The notes under the pieces: model-generated | What the model was told of the DNA's origin: nothing | The model's database searches: none | Seen by the model: the letters and a program-made list of their open reading frames with translations, nothing else | Part shown: positions 41,406 to 53,314 of the stretch, piece after piece | Layout: the number at the start of each line of letters is the position of its first letter | How positions within the stretch are numbered: the first letter of the stretch is position 1 | Program-made: the position numbers and the translations under genes | NCBI GenBank assembly: GCA_963727625.1 | Contig: CAVSHR010000003.1 | Span: 96,001 to 160,000, forward strand | DNA length: 64,000 bases | Direction: 5' to 3' | Source of the DNA: an uncultured delta proteobacterium | Lineage (GTDB): Bacteria; Desulfobacterota; Binatia; UBA9968

Positions 41406-42563
41406 TTAGCCGCCGAGCGCGCGCGAGTGAATTTCTAGGTCGCTGAACAGCAGCGAATCGGTTTTGTGATTGTCGAAATGGATTATTAATTGGTTCTTCC
41501 CCGCGCTTACCGCTTTGCCGTCGATCGGAATTTGATAATCGCGCCAACCGTCCATTAAGATCAGCGTCTTGAGCGGGTGACCGTTAAAAGAAAATTCGAC
41601 CTGACGACAAGCGTGTTCGCCGGATGGAACCCGTGGGGTGGCCGCAAAAATCAAAAGGTAGTCCTTCCCTTGCGCAAGTGTGAGATCGATCGCGGTCTTT
41701 GCTTTCAGAAATCGCCAGATGGTCTGCCGCGGGCGACCGATGCCGAGACTCCGTTGGCGCGGCTGGATGGTCTCTGGGGGATACGCGGTTAAATTGATTT
41801 GGCTTACGGAAACGGACCACAAGTTTGTCGGTGAGGCGATCTTGACGCGATATCCTGGAACCAGCCACAAAGCGAGAAAGGCAGCGCCGAATCCGGCGCC
41901 GAGCGCCATGAAGGATCTTTTTCCGATGGATCCATGCAGCGCAGCAATCACGAAGAAAAACCAACTGGCGCCCAACAGGAGGCCGCCGATAACGTCGGTA
42001 AGCCAATGGCGCATGAAGTAGATGCGTTGATAGCCGATCGTCGCAACCAGCGCCATGGCAATGCCGATCCCAACAAATCGCTTCCACCGGCTAAAGGTAA
42101 GCGAAGGGGAAAATAAATAATAGATGGCTCCGAGTATCGTTACGGCGCTGATGATGTGACCGCTTGGGAAACTGCTGCCATAGTCTACGAAAGAAAGCGC
42201 GGCAGGGCGAGCTCGCGAGACAAAGGCTTTGACCCATTCGCCGAGTAATGCGGCGCCGACCGTGATAATAAAAAAACTACCGAGATCTTGCCAACGCCGC
42301 CGGCAAGCGAAGAAACCCGCCGCTCCCAAAACCAGAACCGCAGTCGCGTAGGGCGCCGTTGTCCAATCTTTCAAAATCCTTGCAACCTGATCGAGGGCGC
42401 AGGTGCGTTGTTCTTGTATCCAGCGATGAAACAGCAGATCGTAGGGAACCAGCAACTTCACCGAAGCGAGCTCTAGAACAAACAGAGCGATTAACAGGCC
42501 TGAAACAAATAACAAGCGGTGTTTTACACGACGCCGGTGGGTTTGACTAGGTTCGGGTTCCAT
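41406..42563 (-). CDS. PAP2-family membrane phosphatase with extra C-terminal soluble domain
   Basis: K-x6-RP, FPSGH, R-x5-H-x3-D catalytic motifs. Confidence 0.85.
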   Translation of the reverse strand: MEPEPSQTHRRRVKHRLLFVSGLLIALFVLELASVKLLVPYDLLFHRWIQEQRTCALDQVARILKDWTTAPYATAVLVLGAAGFFACRRRWQDLGSFFIITVGAALLGEWVKAFVSRARPAALSFVDYGSSFPSGHIISAVTILGAIYYLFSPSLTFSRWKRFVGIGIAMALVATIGYQRIYFMRHWLTDVIGGLLLGASWFFFVIAALHGSIGKRSFMALGAGFGAAFLALWLVPGYRVKIASPTNLWSVSVSQINLTAYPPETIQPRQRSLGIGRPRQTIWRFLKAKTAIDLTLAQGKDYLLIFAATPRVPSGEHACRQVEFSFNGHPLKTLILMDGWRDYQIPIDGKAVSAGKNQLIIHFDNHKTDSLLFSDLEIHSRALGG

Positions 42564-42719
42564 GTTGCTCTGGTAAGGACCTTCGAGTTAGATCCGTGAA
42601 CATCGGTTGTTGCGCTAGTAATTCGCCAACGAATTGGCCAGAGTTGCAACCGCAAACCAACGTGCTGTCGAACCGAACTAAAAAAAACTTCTTGCCAATG
42701 AGTCGTTTCCCACCCTTAC

Positions 42720-42923
42720 CTAGCGAATTTTTAAGTCCAGAGCGACCGGACCTTTCTCGCCTTTTCGAACCTGAAATTGAACGGAATCCCCCTCGTTCAA
42801 ATCTTCGATCTGACTGCGCGGCGCGAGGCTGCCGCGGTGAAAAAAAACATCCTCACTACCGTCATCCGGGGTAATAAAGCCAAAGCCCTTTTGCCGCATT
42901 ATTTTCTTGATCGTTCCGGTCAT
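42720..42923 (-). CDS. Cold-shock domain protein
   Basis: KGFGFI (RNP1), VFFH (RNP2), KGP.A. Confidence 0.92.
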   Translation of the reverse strand: MTGTIKKIMRQKGFGFITPDDGSEDVFFHRGSLAPRSQIEDLNEGDSVQFQVRKGEKGPVALDLKIR

Positions 42924-43027
42924 CGCGTTTTTCTCCTATCAAATGAACGCTTTCAAAAAAGGATTCTTGACATTTCGAGGTTGCGTACTTAGCCTAGGTT
43001 TTCTAACTTCATACAACCAAAACCAGC

Positions 43028-44116
43028 TTGAGATCAATTCTTTACTATATTACCGGTCACGGCTATGGGCATGCAGTACGTTCGAGCCAAGTGATTCGCG
43101 CTCTAAATCGGGCAGACGCCGATCTACAAATCCATGTCCGGACCGCGGCGCCCGAGTGGCTGTTCGACGACGCCGACCACCCGGTTTTGTATACCAACCA
43201 ACCCATCGATGTGGGCCTTATTCAACCCAACGGCTTGCAATTGGATTTGCGAGCCACCTTGCAGGCGTGCCGGGAGTTGTACGTCAACTCACCGGGCTTG
43301 GTTGCGCAAGAAATCCGCTTCATCAACGAAAATAAGATTGACGTGATCGTCGGCGATATTCCACCGCTCTGTTTTGAGATCGCTGCCCGAGCGGAGATTC
43401 CATCCGTAGCGATAACAAATTTTACCTGGGACGTGATCTATCAAGCCTACTCCGCGGAACATCCCGAGCTCGCGCCCCTGGTCGAAGACATGAGACGGTT
43501 TTACCGCGCGGCCAGCCTGGCTCTGACTCTTCCCTATCCCTGCGATATGAGTATGTTTCCGCGACGCCAGGCCATTCCCTGGGTCACCCGCGTTTCCAAG
43601 TTGACACGCGATCAGGCTCGAACGCGATTTGGGCTGCCGGCGACCGGCGCGGTGGTGCTGTTGAGTTTCGGCGGGCTCGGCTTGGAAACTTTGCCTTGGC
43701 AAAAGCTGCGGGAATTATCCGACTTTTTCTTTGTCACCACGGCAACGGTGGAAAAGGCACCGGATAACCTGCTCGTGCTTGCCGATGCCCAGCGATACTA
43801 CGAAGACCTGTTGCGTGCCGTCGACGTAATCGTTACGAAACCCGGTTATGGTATTGTCGCCGATGCGCTTTCACACCAACTGCCGGTTTTATACACCGAC
43901 CGCGGTGAATTTTCCGAGTATCCCCTTCTGGTTCAAGCGTTGAACGAACTCGCGACCGCCGAATACATTCCACAAGCTGCGCTGCTCACCGGCGACCTGC
44001 GGCCTTATTTGGAGAAAGTGTTGGCCAAGCCGTACCATTGGCCGGCAGTTCCGTTGCACGGCGCCAGCGCGGCCGCCGACGAGGTTTTGGCTTTGCTTGA
44101 CGAATCGCGCCTATGA
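43028..44116 (+). CDS. GT-B fold protein resembling the N-terminal domain of L-arabinokinase
   Basis: YITGHGYGHAVR, NFTWD.IY, LSFGG, KPGYG, R..F.E. Confidence 0.7.
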   Translation: MRSILYYITGHGYGHAVRSSQVIRALNRADADLQIHVRTAAPEWLFDDADHPVLYTNQPIDVGLIQPNGLQLDLRATLQACRELYVNSPGLVAQEIRFINENKIDVIVGDIPPLCFEIAARAEIPSVAITNFTWDVIYQAYSAEHPELAPLVEDMRRFYRAASLALTLPYPCDMSMFPRRQAIPWVTRVSKLTRDQARTRFGLPATGAVVLLSFGGLGLETLPWQKLRELSDFFFVTTATVEKAPDNLLVLADAQRYYEDLLRAVDVIVTKPGYGIVADALSHQLPVLYTDRGEFSEYPLLVQALNELATAEYIPQAALLTGDLRPYLEKVLAKPYHWPAVPLHGASAAADEVLALLDESRL

Positions 44117-44200
44117 ATCCGCCGGGCGAGCATGCGCGCGCAGCAATTTTTGCTTCGGGTTGACACCCTGCGGTGAATCCTCCAGACTTAAATTTTCCGC

Positions 44201-45139
44201 ATGAGCGTTGAAAAAGTCATAATAGCTAAACCACGCGGCTTCTGTGCAGGCGTTGAAATGGCGATCGAAACCGTTGAGCGTGCCTTGGTACGTTATGGCG
44301 CGCCGCTCTACGTATTTCACGAGATCGTTCACAATCAGCATGTGGTAAGCGATTTTTCCACGCGCGGCGTGCGCTTCGTGAAGTCCGTGGATGAAGTGCC
44401 CTCCGATTCAAAGCTGGTTTTCAGCGCCCATGGCGTTGCTCCAAGCGTGTGGCAGCAGGCCAAGGAAAAACACGTGGAGATCATCATCGATGCAACCTGT
44501 CCGTTAGTCGAGAAAGTCCATCGCGAAGTCCGCAAGTTTGCCGCGCGGGGCTATTGGATTATTCTTGTCGGCCACGAAAACCATGATGAGATCGTGGGTA
44601 CGAGCGGCGAAGCGCCACAACGCATGCGAATTGTCGCCAACATCAATGAAGCAAAAAAAATCAGTATTTCTGACCCGGAGAAAGTCGTTGTGTTGTCCCA
44701 AACCACTCTGAGTGTCGACGACACCCGCGGCATCATCGAAGTTCTAAGAGCGCGCTTTCCCAAGCTGATCACTGCTGCCAAAGAAGATATTTGTTATGCG
44801 ACACAGAACCGTCAAGATGCGGTAAAGCAGCTCAGCAAAGAAGTGGATTTGGTACTCGTCATAGGCTCGCGCAACAGCGAGAACTCTAACCAGCTCTGCA
44901 AAGTTGCGGAGACCCAAGGCAAGAGAGCTTTCTTGATCGACGATCGGGACGCCATTGATCCCGCGTGGCTGGTCGGTGTCAAACATGTGGGTATTACTTC
45001 AGGTGCGTCAGTGCCGGAACGGCTGGTTCAAGAAACCGTTGACTATTTCAAGCAACAGGGGGCCGAGATTAGCCATATCGGATTTGACGAAGAGAATATT
45101 CACTTCGCTTTGCCGCCAAAATTCACCAACCCTTCATAA
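44201..45139 (+). CDS. ispH: 4-hydroxy-3-methylbut-2-enyl diphosphate reductase
   Basis: PRGFCAGV, IVHN, SAHG, DATCP.V, H.EI, QTT, IC.AT.NRQ, GAS.P. Confidence 0.97.
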   Translation: MSVEKVIIAKPRGFCAGVEMAIETVERALVRYGAPLYVFHEIVHNQHVVSDFSTRGVRFVKSVDEVPSDSKLVFSAHGVAPSVWQQAKEKHVEIIIDATCPLVEKVHREVRKFAARGYWIILVGHENHDEIVGTSGEAPQRMRIVANINEAKKISISDPEKVVVLSQTTLSVDDTRGIIEVLRARFPKLITAAKEDICYATQNRQDAVKQLSKEVDLVLVIGSRNSENSNQLCKVAETQGKRAFLIDDRDAIDPAWLVGVKHVGITSGASVPERLVQETVDYFKQQGAEISHIGFDEENIHFALPPKFTNPS

Positions 45140-45340
45140 ACTTGCCGTCAATATTACCGTCGCCAAACCGACTGCGGAGAGCCCTGCTCTCTTGATTATT
45201 TATCCCGGCTATTTGACCGCTTAGTTATTGACTCAGCTCAGCCCCGCATGAGATGAGCCGCGCTTGCGCGTCGCTTTTTCGCCAATTTCTAAAATCAAAA
45301 AGTCCGAGTCTCTACCTAAGTTGTTGAACATTTATGCAAT

Positions 45341-45357
45341 TGCCATAAGTTTAGGCA
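45341..45357. promoter_or_regulatory. Putative NtrC-like activator site
   Basis: TGCCATAAGTTTAGGCA (TGC-N11-GCA) about 90 bp upstream of the sigma54 box. Confidence 0.5.
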
Positions 45358-45430
45358 ACTCTTTTTGAGAACTTCCCGCCATTTGAATTTTAAGTGATTA
45401 ATAATATTAATTTTTATAATTTTATGCCCG

Positions 45431-45446
45431 TGGTATAGAGGTTGCT
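45431..45446 (+). promoter_or_regulatory. sigma54 -24/-12 promoter of amtB-glnA
   Basis: TGGTATAGAGGTTGCT (GG-N10-GC), preceded by an AT-rich tract. Confidence 0.75.
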
Positions 45447-45512
45447 TTCAGCGCTCAAGGACTGCCTTACCAGCAGTCAACCGCACGCTAAATCAGCACT
45501 GCAAGGGAGAAA

Positions 45513-46928
45513 ATGGTCGTGACGCAGGGAAAGAAACCATGGCTAGTTATTTGGATTTTACTGCTGATAGTCTGGGCGTCCAATGTGGTTGTAGGCATCG
45601 CGCAAGAAGTTCCTAAAACAGCCATGCCCGAGACGGCCGCCACATTGCTAGCGCAAACTATGCCCACCGCGCCGCCTACTCCGCCTGAACCGGCGGCTCC
45701 AGCGAAAATAGATAAAGGTGACACCGCATGGATGCTCACCTCGGCGGCGCTGGTCTTGATGATGACGATTCCCGGATTGTTCCTATTTTATGGCGGCCTG
45801 GTGCGCCGTAAAAATGTCCTTGGCACGATCATGCACAGCTTTATTATCGTCGCCGTGATCAGCATCCAGTGGGCGCTTTGGGGTTACACGCTAGCATTCG
45901 GGAAGGATGTCGGGGGGTTAATCGGCGATCTGAGCTGGTTGGGCTTGAACGGAGTCGGCCCCGAGCCCAATGCGGACTACGCGGCAACAATCCCACACGC
46001 GACCTTCATGGTCTACCAAATGATGTTCGCCGTCATTACACCGGCGTTGATCACAGGCGCGTTTGCGGAGCGGGTCAAGTTTAGCTCGTTTTTGGTTTTC
46101 ATCGTCATCTGGGCGACTTTCATTTATGCGCCGTTGGCCCATTGGGTGTGGGGTGTCAAAGGCTGGATGCGCGAGCTTGGCGCGCTCGATTTCGCCGGTG
46201 GCACTGTGGTTCACATTAGCTCGGGAGCATCGGCGCTGGTGGCCGCAATCATGTTCGGCAAGCGGATCGGATATGGACAGGAAGCCATGCCGCCGCATAA
46301 TCTGCCGTTCAGCGTGATTGGCGCGGGCCTCTTGTGGGTGGGCTGGTTTGGCTTCAATGCCGGAAGCGCGCTGGCCGCCGACGGCCTGGCGACCTCGGCG
46401 TTCGTAGCCACACATCTGGCGGCCGCAGCGGCAGCGCTTTCCTGGCTGGCGATGGACTGGACAATCAGAGACAAGCCCACGGTTTTGGGCGCTGCCAGCG
46501 GTGCCGTAGCGGGGTTGGTGGCAATCACCCCTGCGGCCGGGTTCGTAGGACCGATGTCGGCTATCCTGATCGGAATCGGTGGCGGCGTGCTTTGTTCCAT
46601 GGCGTGCAGCTTGAAACCTAGGCTGGGCTACGACGACTCGCTCGATGTTGTCGGCGTGCACGGCGTCGGTGGAACTTGGGGTGCTTTGGCAACCGGACTT
46701 TTTGCTTCGAAAGCGGTGAATGCGGCGGGCAACGACGGCCTGTTTTTTGGCAACCCCGGCCAGTTTGGCATCCAACTGGTCTCAGTGGTCGCTACCTTGA
46801 TTTTGGCGTTTGCCGGCACTTACATCATTCTGTCTATTGTTAAGGCGGTGATGGGTCTCAGGGTGGCCGACGACGAGGAGCGCATGGGCCTGGATTTGAG
46901 CCAGCACAACGAGCGCGCGTACGAATAG
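45513..46928 (+). CDS. amtB: Ammonium transporter
   Basis: FYGG, FA.ITPAL, DFAGG.VVH, WFGFNAGS, DDSLDV..VHG, GLD.SQH.E.AY. Confidence 0.97.
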   Translation: MVVTQGKKPWLVIWILLLIVWASNVVVGIAQEVPKTAMPETAATLLAQTMPTAPPTPPEPAAPAKIDKGDTAWMLTSAALVLMMTIPGLFLFYGGLVRRKNVLGTIMHSFIIVAVISIQWALWGYTLAFGKDVGGLIGDLSWLGLNGVGPEPNADYAATIPHATFMVYQMMFAVITPALITGAFAERVKFSSFLVFIVIWATFIYAPLAHWVWGVKGWMRELGALDFAGGTVVHISSGASALVAAIMFGKRIGYGQEAMPPHNLPFSVIGAGLLWVGWFGFNAGSALAADGLATSAFVATHLAAAAAALSWLAMDWTIRDKPTVLGAASGAVAGLVAITPAAGFVGPMSAILIGIGGGVLCSMACSLKPRLGYDDSLDVVGVHGVGGTWGALATGLFASKAVNAAGNDGLFFGNPGQFGIQLVSVVATLILAFAGTYIILSIVKAVMGLRVADDEERMGLDLSQHNERAYE

Positions 46929-47005
46929 GTATGGCCCTGTAGTTTAGAATATGATAACAAACTTTCGGCTTTAAAATATTTGCAATCACCAGAGAGGAGC
47001 AATCG

Positions 47006-48825
<1,820 letters not shown>

Positions 48826-49240
48826 TTAACCGGCTAAACCTTCCAGAAATAAATTTCCAATTCGCTCGGGATCGATTCAGAAATTCGCAAGAGCTCAGCG
48901 GGCTGAACAGCGAACTCGCTGAGCTGTTGCGCTTTTGACCGGAAGCAAGGGTTCAACCCGCCCGCTGATTTTGGCGCTGAGGTATCTTCAAGTCCACAGA
49001 TAATCCAAGCCGCCAAAGATAAGATGACTGCGATAATTTCACCGCAAATTAAGAAACCGTCTCGGAAAAAATACAAGCTACCGATCGTTGGAAGACTTTT
49101 CGCCGCGGGCTGGTAACAAGATTAGAAACGAGGACCAGCTTCTTCGGCGAAAATCCCATGCCGATTGTATCACCATCGCACCGGCAAGCTATCGAACGTT
49201 GGCGTAAAGGCGGATTGGACTCGAAGACGGTGAGAACCGA

Positions 49241-49277
49241 CTCACGGTGGCGATCAAGTGCCGATCGTCACCGTGAG
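49241..49277. terminator. Hairpin just downstream of the UbiD gene
   Basis: CTCACGGTGGCGATC...GATCGTCACCGTGAG. Confidence 0.6.
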
Positions 49278-49286
49278 CGGCGGGAA

Positions 49287-50876
49287 TTACTTTTTGTTTT
49301 CTTCACCGGGCTGCTTGCCGGGCTCAAAACCGCCGACTTCGTGGTAAACCACCTTCTTTTCTTCCTCGAAGGCGCGCACTGAGGGTACTTGGCCTGGGAG
49401 CCCAAGTTTTTTCCATTCAGCGGCCACTTTGTCGTACATTTCCCGGCGCAGTGCCGTGCGTTTTGAGAAGATAGGTAAATAGCGGTGCTCTTTGCAGGCG
49501 TTGATCAGAGCCTTGGAGCCGTACGGCCGTTTCTCGGGCGGGTTCTGCGTCGGATCGAGCCACGTGCTCCAGGTATTTCGTAATATATCGATATCGTCGA
49601 TCGGATTGCAGCGGCTGCTCATTGCCCAGATCACTTGTTCAATATCAGTCGGATCAACATCTTCATCCACGGCGATAATCCATTTCGTATAATACGCGCC
49701 GCCAGGCACCTGTGCCGCCAGGGCCAGCGATTGTGCTGCATGTCCTGCATAGCGTTGCTCGAGCGCAATCACGGTCATACCGAAACCCCCGGCACCGGCT
49801 GGGTGAGCATAAACGCCTTGGATTCCCGGAATCCCAAGCTTTTCGAGATCATCCCAAATGCGTGCCGAACGTATAATCGAAAAAAAGCCGCTTTGCTCGT
49901 TCGACGGATAATCCGCCATCAAGGCGTTAGTCAGGATCGGATTGGTGCGAAAGTGAACAGCGGTGATTTCGACCAAGGGGCAACCCGCCTCTGGTCTACC
50001 GTAATAGCCAGGGAACTCGCCGAACGGGCCTTCGCTCTTGACCGCGTTGGGCTTAATAATCCCTTCAATCATGAATTCAGCGTTTGCCGGCAGCAAAAGA
50101 TTAGTCATCTTGCCTTTAACCACTGGTATGGGCTCGCCTTTGATGCCGCCGAGGAACTCGTATTCGGAAACGTTTTTCGGAAAGGTTTGCGAGCCCACGA
50201 CCATGAACAACGGATCGATTCCCCACGCCGCGGCGACTTCCACAGGCTTGCCTTGTTGCCATGACCGGGTGATATGCAAGCGCGCGTCTTTTCCCGGCGA
50301 CAAATACAGACCTGCTTCCCGCTTGCCTTGCAACATCATGCGGTAAGTGCCGACATTGAGATAACCGCTGTCGGGGTCACGGGTGATGACGCAGTCCGCC
50401 GTGCCGGCGTAACGGCCGCCGTCTAAGGGCCAGTGCTTAGGGATCGGCAACTGGCTCAAATCGATCTGATCGCCTGTGAGTGTATTCTCATAAAAGCCGG
50501 CCTGTGCTTGCGCCACTTCCCGAGGCGCCATGCGGTTTTTAAGTTTATCCTTGACACGCTTAATTAACTCAACTATGGGCGTATCGGGAGATTCTTCCAT
50601 GGTCAGCGCGATGCGCGGAATGCTCGGCCCGAGGATATTCCATAGCGAACGAGCCTGGTACGGGCTTTTCTCGTAGCCTTTGATGTTATCAAAGAGAATC
50701 GCCGGGGACGGCTTCTGCTTAGCGACGAGGTAACCAATCGCGCTCATTTCTTCTTCACAGCTGACGGCCTCCTTAACGCGCACGAGGTCTCCTAGCTGCT
50801 CCACCCGGCCCAGCCATTCACGTAAGTCCTGAATCGGGCCTTTGGATTCGGTTGCCATCTCTTCTCGCTTAGCCAT
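49287..50876 (-). CDS. UbiD family (prFMN-dependent) decarboxylase 1
   Basis: DLREW, DGGRY, N.GTYR, EGPFGEFPGYY, VDEDVD...V.WA; GGAGG RBS before ATG 50876. Confidence 0.92.
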   Translation of the reverse strand: MAKREEMATESKGPIQDLREWLGRVEQLGDLVRVKEAVSCEEEMSAIGYLVAKQKPSPAILFDNIKGYEKSPYQARSLWNILGPSIPRIALTMEESPDTPIVELIKRVKDKLKNRMAPREVAQAQAGFYENTLTGDQIDLSQLPIPKHWPLDGGRYAGTADCVITRDPDSGYLNVGTYRMMLQGKREAGLYLSPGKDARLHITRSWQQGKPVEVAAAWGIDPLFMVVGSQTFPKNVSEYEFLGGIKGEPIPVVKGKMTNLLLPANAEFMIEGIIKPNAVKSEGPFGEFPGYYGRPEAGCPLVEITAVHFRTNPILTNALMADYPSNEQSGFFSIIRSARIWDDLEKLGIPGIQGVYAHPAGAGGFGMTVIALEQRYAGHAAQSLALAAQVPGGAYYTKWIIAVDEDVDPTDIEQVIWAMSSRCNPIDDIDILRNTWSTWLDPTQNPPEKRPYGSKALINACKEHRYLPIFSKRTALRREMYDKVAAEWKKLGLPGQVPSVRAFEEEKKVVYHEVGGFEPGKQPGEENKK

Positions 50877-50912
50877 CAGTTTATCCTCCAAAATTGAAAA
50901 TTGACGATCGGT

Positions 50913-51659
50913 CTACAGCCGCGCGCTCTTGGGTAACAGCGACTTAAAATAAGCAAAAGCATCGTAGGACCGGAACATCATGTTTTCTTTCATATAATCG
51001 ATTTCGGACTTGGGCATGATGCTCGGTTTCCCGACACAGCTAGCGATAAATTGCATATACGCGGTCCGCTCCAAGTAAATCGCGTGAACGGTAGCATATT
51101 CTAAGCTATCACCGCATACAATAATGCCGTGTCCCTTGAGCAACATCGCCGTGCAATTGCCAAGGGTCTGGCAAATATCCTTGCCGTCTTGAACCGTGTA
51201 GATCAACCGTGGGCTAGGAAATATTGGGGTCTCCGGCGCAAACACGGCTGCCTGATTATAGATCGGCAATATCGGCGTGCCGGCCACTGAAAAGGCAGTG
51301 GCAACGGTTTGGTGTGTATGCACCACAGAGTTGACATCTGGACGGGCGTTGTAAATCGCCGCGTGGATCATGGTCTCGCGCGGCGGATTTTTTATTTTTG
51401 TCACGGCGCGCTTGTTTGCCGCTTTCGCGTAATTTTGCTCGCAGAAATCCATATACTCGTCGATGTCGACGAGTATCACATGCTTGGGTGCGATCTCACC
51501 AAGCGGCGCCAACACCGGTTTAATGAAGAACTTCCTGGTGCCGGGTATGCGCGCGCTCACATGCCCATGGTAGTCGGCCAGGCCTTGATAAAACATGATC
51601 CGATTGCCTAGGGCCACCTTTTTCTTCAGTTCCTCTATATCCTTTTTGGTGCTCTTCAC
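50913..51659 (-). CDS. Class II aldolase/adducin family protein
   Basis: GHVSAR, E..IH..IY.ARPDV.SVVHTH, LL.GHG; GTG start at 51659. Confidence 0.9.
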   Translation of the reverse strand: MKSTKKDIEELKKKVALGNRIMFYQGLADYHGHVSARIPGTRKFFIKPVLAPLGEIAPKHVILVDIDEYMDFCEQNYAKAANKRAVTKIKNPPRETMIHAAIYNARPDVNSVVHTHQTVATAFSVAGTPILPIYNQAAVFAPETPIFPSPRLIYTVQDGKDICQTLGNCTAMLLKGHGIIVCGDSLEYATVHAIYLERTAYMQFIASCVGKPSIMPKSEIDYMKENMMFRSYDAFAYFKSLLPKSARL

Positions 51660-51681
51660 CTCAATCCCCCTTCTGATGTTA

Positions 51682-52623
51682 TTACGATGCTCCCCTGATC
51701 GCTTCGCCAGTCGCCGACGCATTTTCTTGTTGGTCCGCCCACCACTGAATATTCATCCAATTCCACTGCTCGGGATAACGGAGTACTGTCTGTTCGAGCC
51801 ACCGGGTAATTTTGATGGTATTTGCTTTAACTTGGAGTGCGCTCTTTCCAGAGCAGTCGAGGTCAAGCGCGGGCTCAATAACCATCTTCAAGCTTTTGTC
51901 AGGCTGCCGAACCATACAAACCGGGACCACCGCTGCCCCGGTTCTCAATGCCAGGGTTGCCGGTCCGCGCCGGGCAATTACCATTCGACCGAACAACGGA
52001 GCCTGAATGCCATTGCCCCGGCGATACTCATCGGCAATAATCACGGCGATTTCGTTTGCGCGCAATGCTTCGGTGAGTTTTCCGAGCGCTTGGCGTCGGG
52101 GCCGCGCGTGAATGGTTCTCTGGCGCACTTGCAGTCGATACTTATCCATCAGCTTGGCCAGATGACTGTCGCTGGGCTGGTTCACTAACACCGAAACCGT
52201 ATAACCTTCAACGGCCAAACGAGAGCCGAGCAGAAAAAAATTTCCCAAATGCGCGCTTAGAACCAGGACCCCAGCCCCCTTATCCAAGGCGGCATCAAGG
52301 TGCTCGCGGCCGATCATCGGTATTAGGCTGAGCAACTCGTTGTCAGAAAGCTCTAGCGCCACGCCCATCTCCACTATGTCGCGAAAGAAATTCTGCAGCG
52401 ACTTACAAGCCAAGTCTTCGACTTGCACGGGACTCAAACGCTCGCCGAAGACTGCGGCAATGTTACCGATGGATCGGGTTCGGAAGCCCTCGAAACATTT
52501 AAAGCAGACGCGCGCGACAAAATCCGCGAAGCCAAACAGCCACCGGTGCGGCAAAACTCTTACTGCCAGGCAGCCGATCGCGACGCCAAACCGGATACTT
52601 AGGTAAGCGACTCTGCCAGTCAA
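51682..52623 (-). CDS. Lipid A acyltransferase-like (lysophospholipid acyltransferase family)
   Basis: SAHLGN, LFG..P..LA.RTGA...P, PEQW.W....W. Confidence 0.85.
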   Translation of the reverse strand: MTGRVAYLSIRFGVAIGCLAVRVLPHRWLFGFADFVARVCFKCFEGFRTRSIGNIAAVFGERLSPVQVEDLACKSLQNFFRDIVEMGVALELSDNELLSLIPMIGREHLDAALDKGAGVLVLSAHLGNFFLLGSRLAVEGYTVSVLVNQPSDSHLAKLMDKYRLQVRQRTIHARPRRQALGKLTEALRANEIAVIIADEYRRGNGIQAPLFGRMVIARRGPATLALRTGAAVVPVCMVRQPDKSLKMVIEPALDLDCSGKSALQVKANTIKITRWLEQTVLRYPEQWNWMNIQWWADQQENASATGEAIRGAS

Positions 52624-52891
52624 CCAAGCGGTCCTTCAACTTCATTCATTTTACAGATTCAACGCCCGGGTTGAGCCCACCGAAGTACGCCAATCTACGA
52701 TACTTTTAATAGCGCCGCAAGAGCGAAGGAGCGCCCCAAAGGCCGTGCTCGAGTCCTTATGTAAATGAGAAAACATGCACAAATACAAACACTTAGTTAA
52801 GTCTAGAGAGCTTAGTTGGTGAGCGACGCTGTTTCCATCGAGGTGCTAGTATGCTAATTACACTTGACTAACATGTTTTTGGTGTCTTCGC

Positions 52892-53269
52892 ATGAGAATG
52901 ATCTTGCCGCCTCTCAAAGAACGTCGCTCGGTCGATCGCCTACTTTCGGCTTTTTTCCGCGACTACAAAGCAACCGACTTTAAAAAAGCCATCGCGGCGC
53001 TATGCCGCTTCTATCACTTGAAAAATCCCAGAGTCGAATGGTTCGAGTATATTGATTGGGGTAAGACCGCGGGTAAGACTTACGAGAACGGCGAAATTTA
53101 TTTGGTTCATCCGGAGAATTGGAAAAAGGGCCGAAAGTATAATTCAGAACGGCGCTGGATCAGCACGGTTTATCACGAGATGGGGCATTATGTCTTTTGG
53201 GCGGACGCGGAAAACAAAGCGGACATGTTCGCTTCTCGCATCGTGCGCGGACTGAATCATCACAAATAA
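52892..53269 (+). CDS. Small HExxH putative metallopeptidase
   Basis: HEMGH followed by E..AD.FA, as in IrrE/ImmA-like gluzincins. Confidence 0.6.
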   Translation: MRMILPPLKERRSVDRLLSAFFRDYKATDFKKAIAALCRFYHLKNPRVEWFEYIDWGKTAGKTYENGEIYLVHPENWKKGRKYNSERRWISTVYHEMGHYVFWADAENKADMFASRIVRGLNHHK

Positions 53270-53314
53270 TAGATTCTGATTGCGTTATCTTTCTGTTTCG
53301 AAAATTCGAAGGCT

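Noticed and set aside
48834-49382. Small ORFs between glnB and the UbiD gene
   Set aside because: No recognisable motifs or RBS; partly antisense to UbiD
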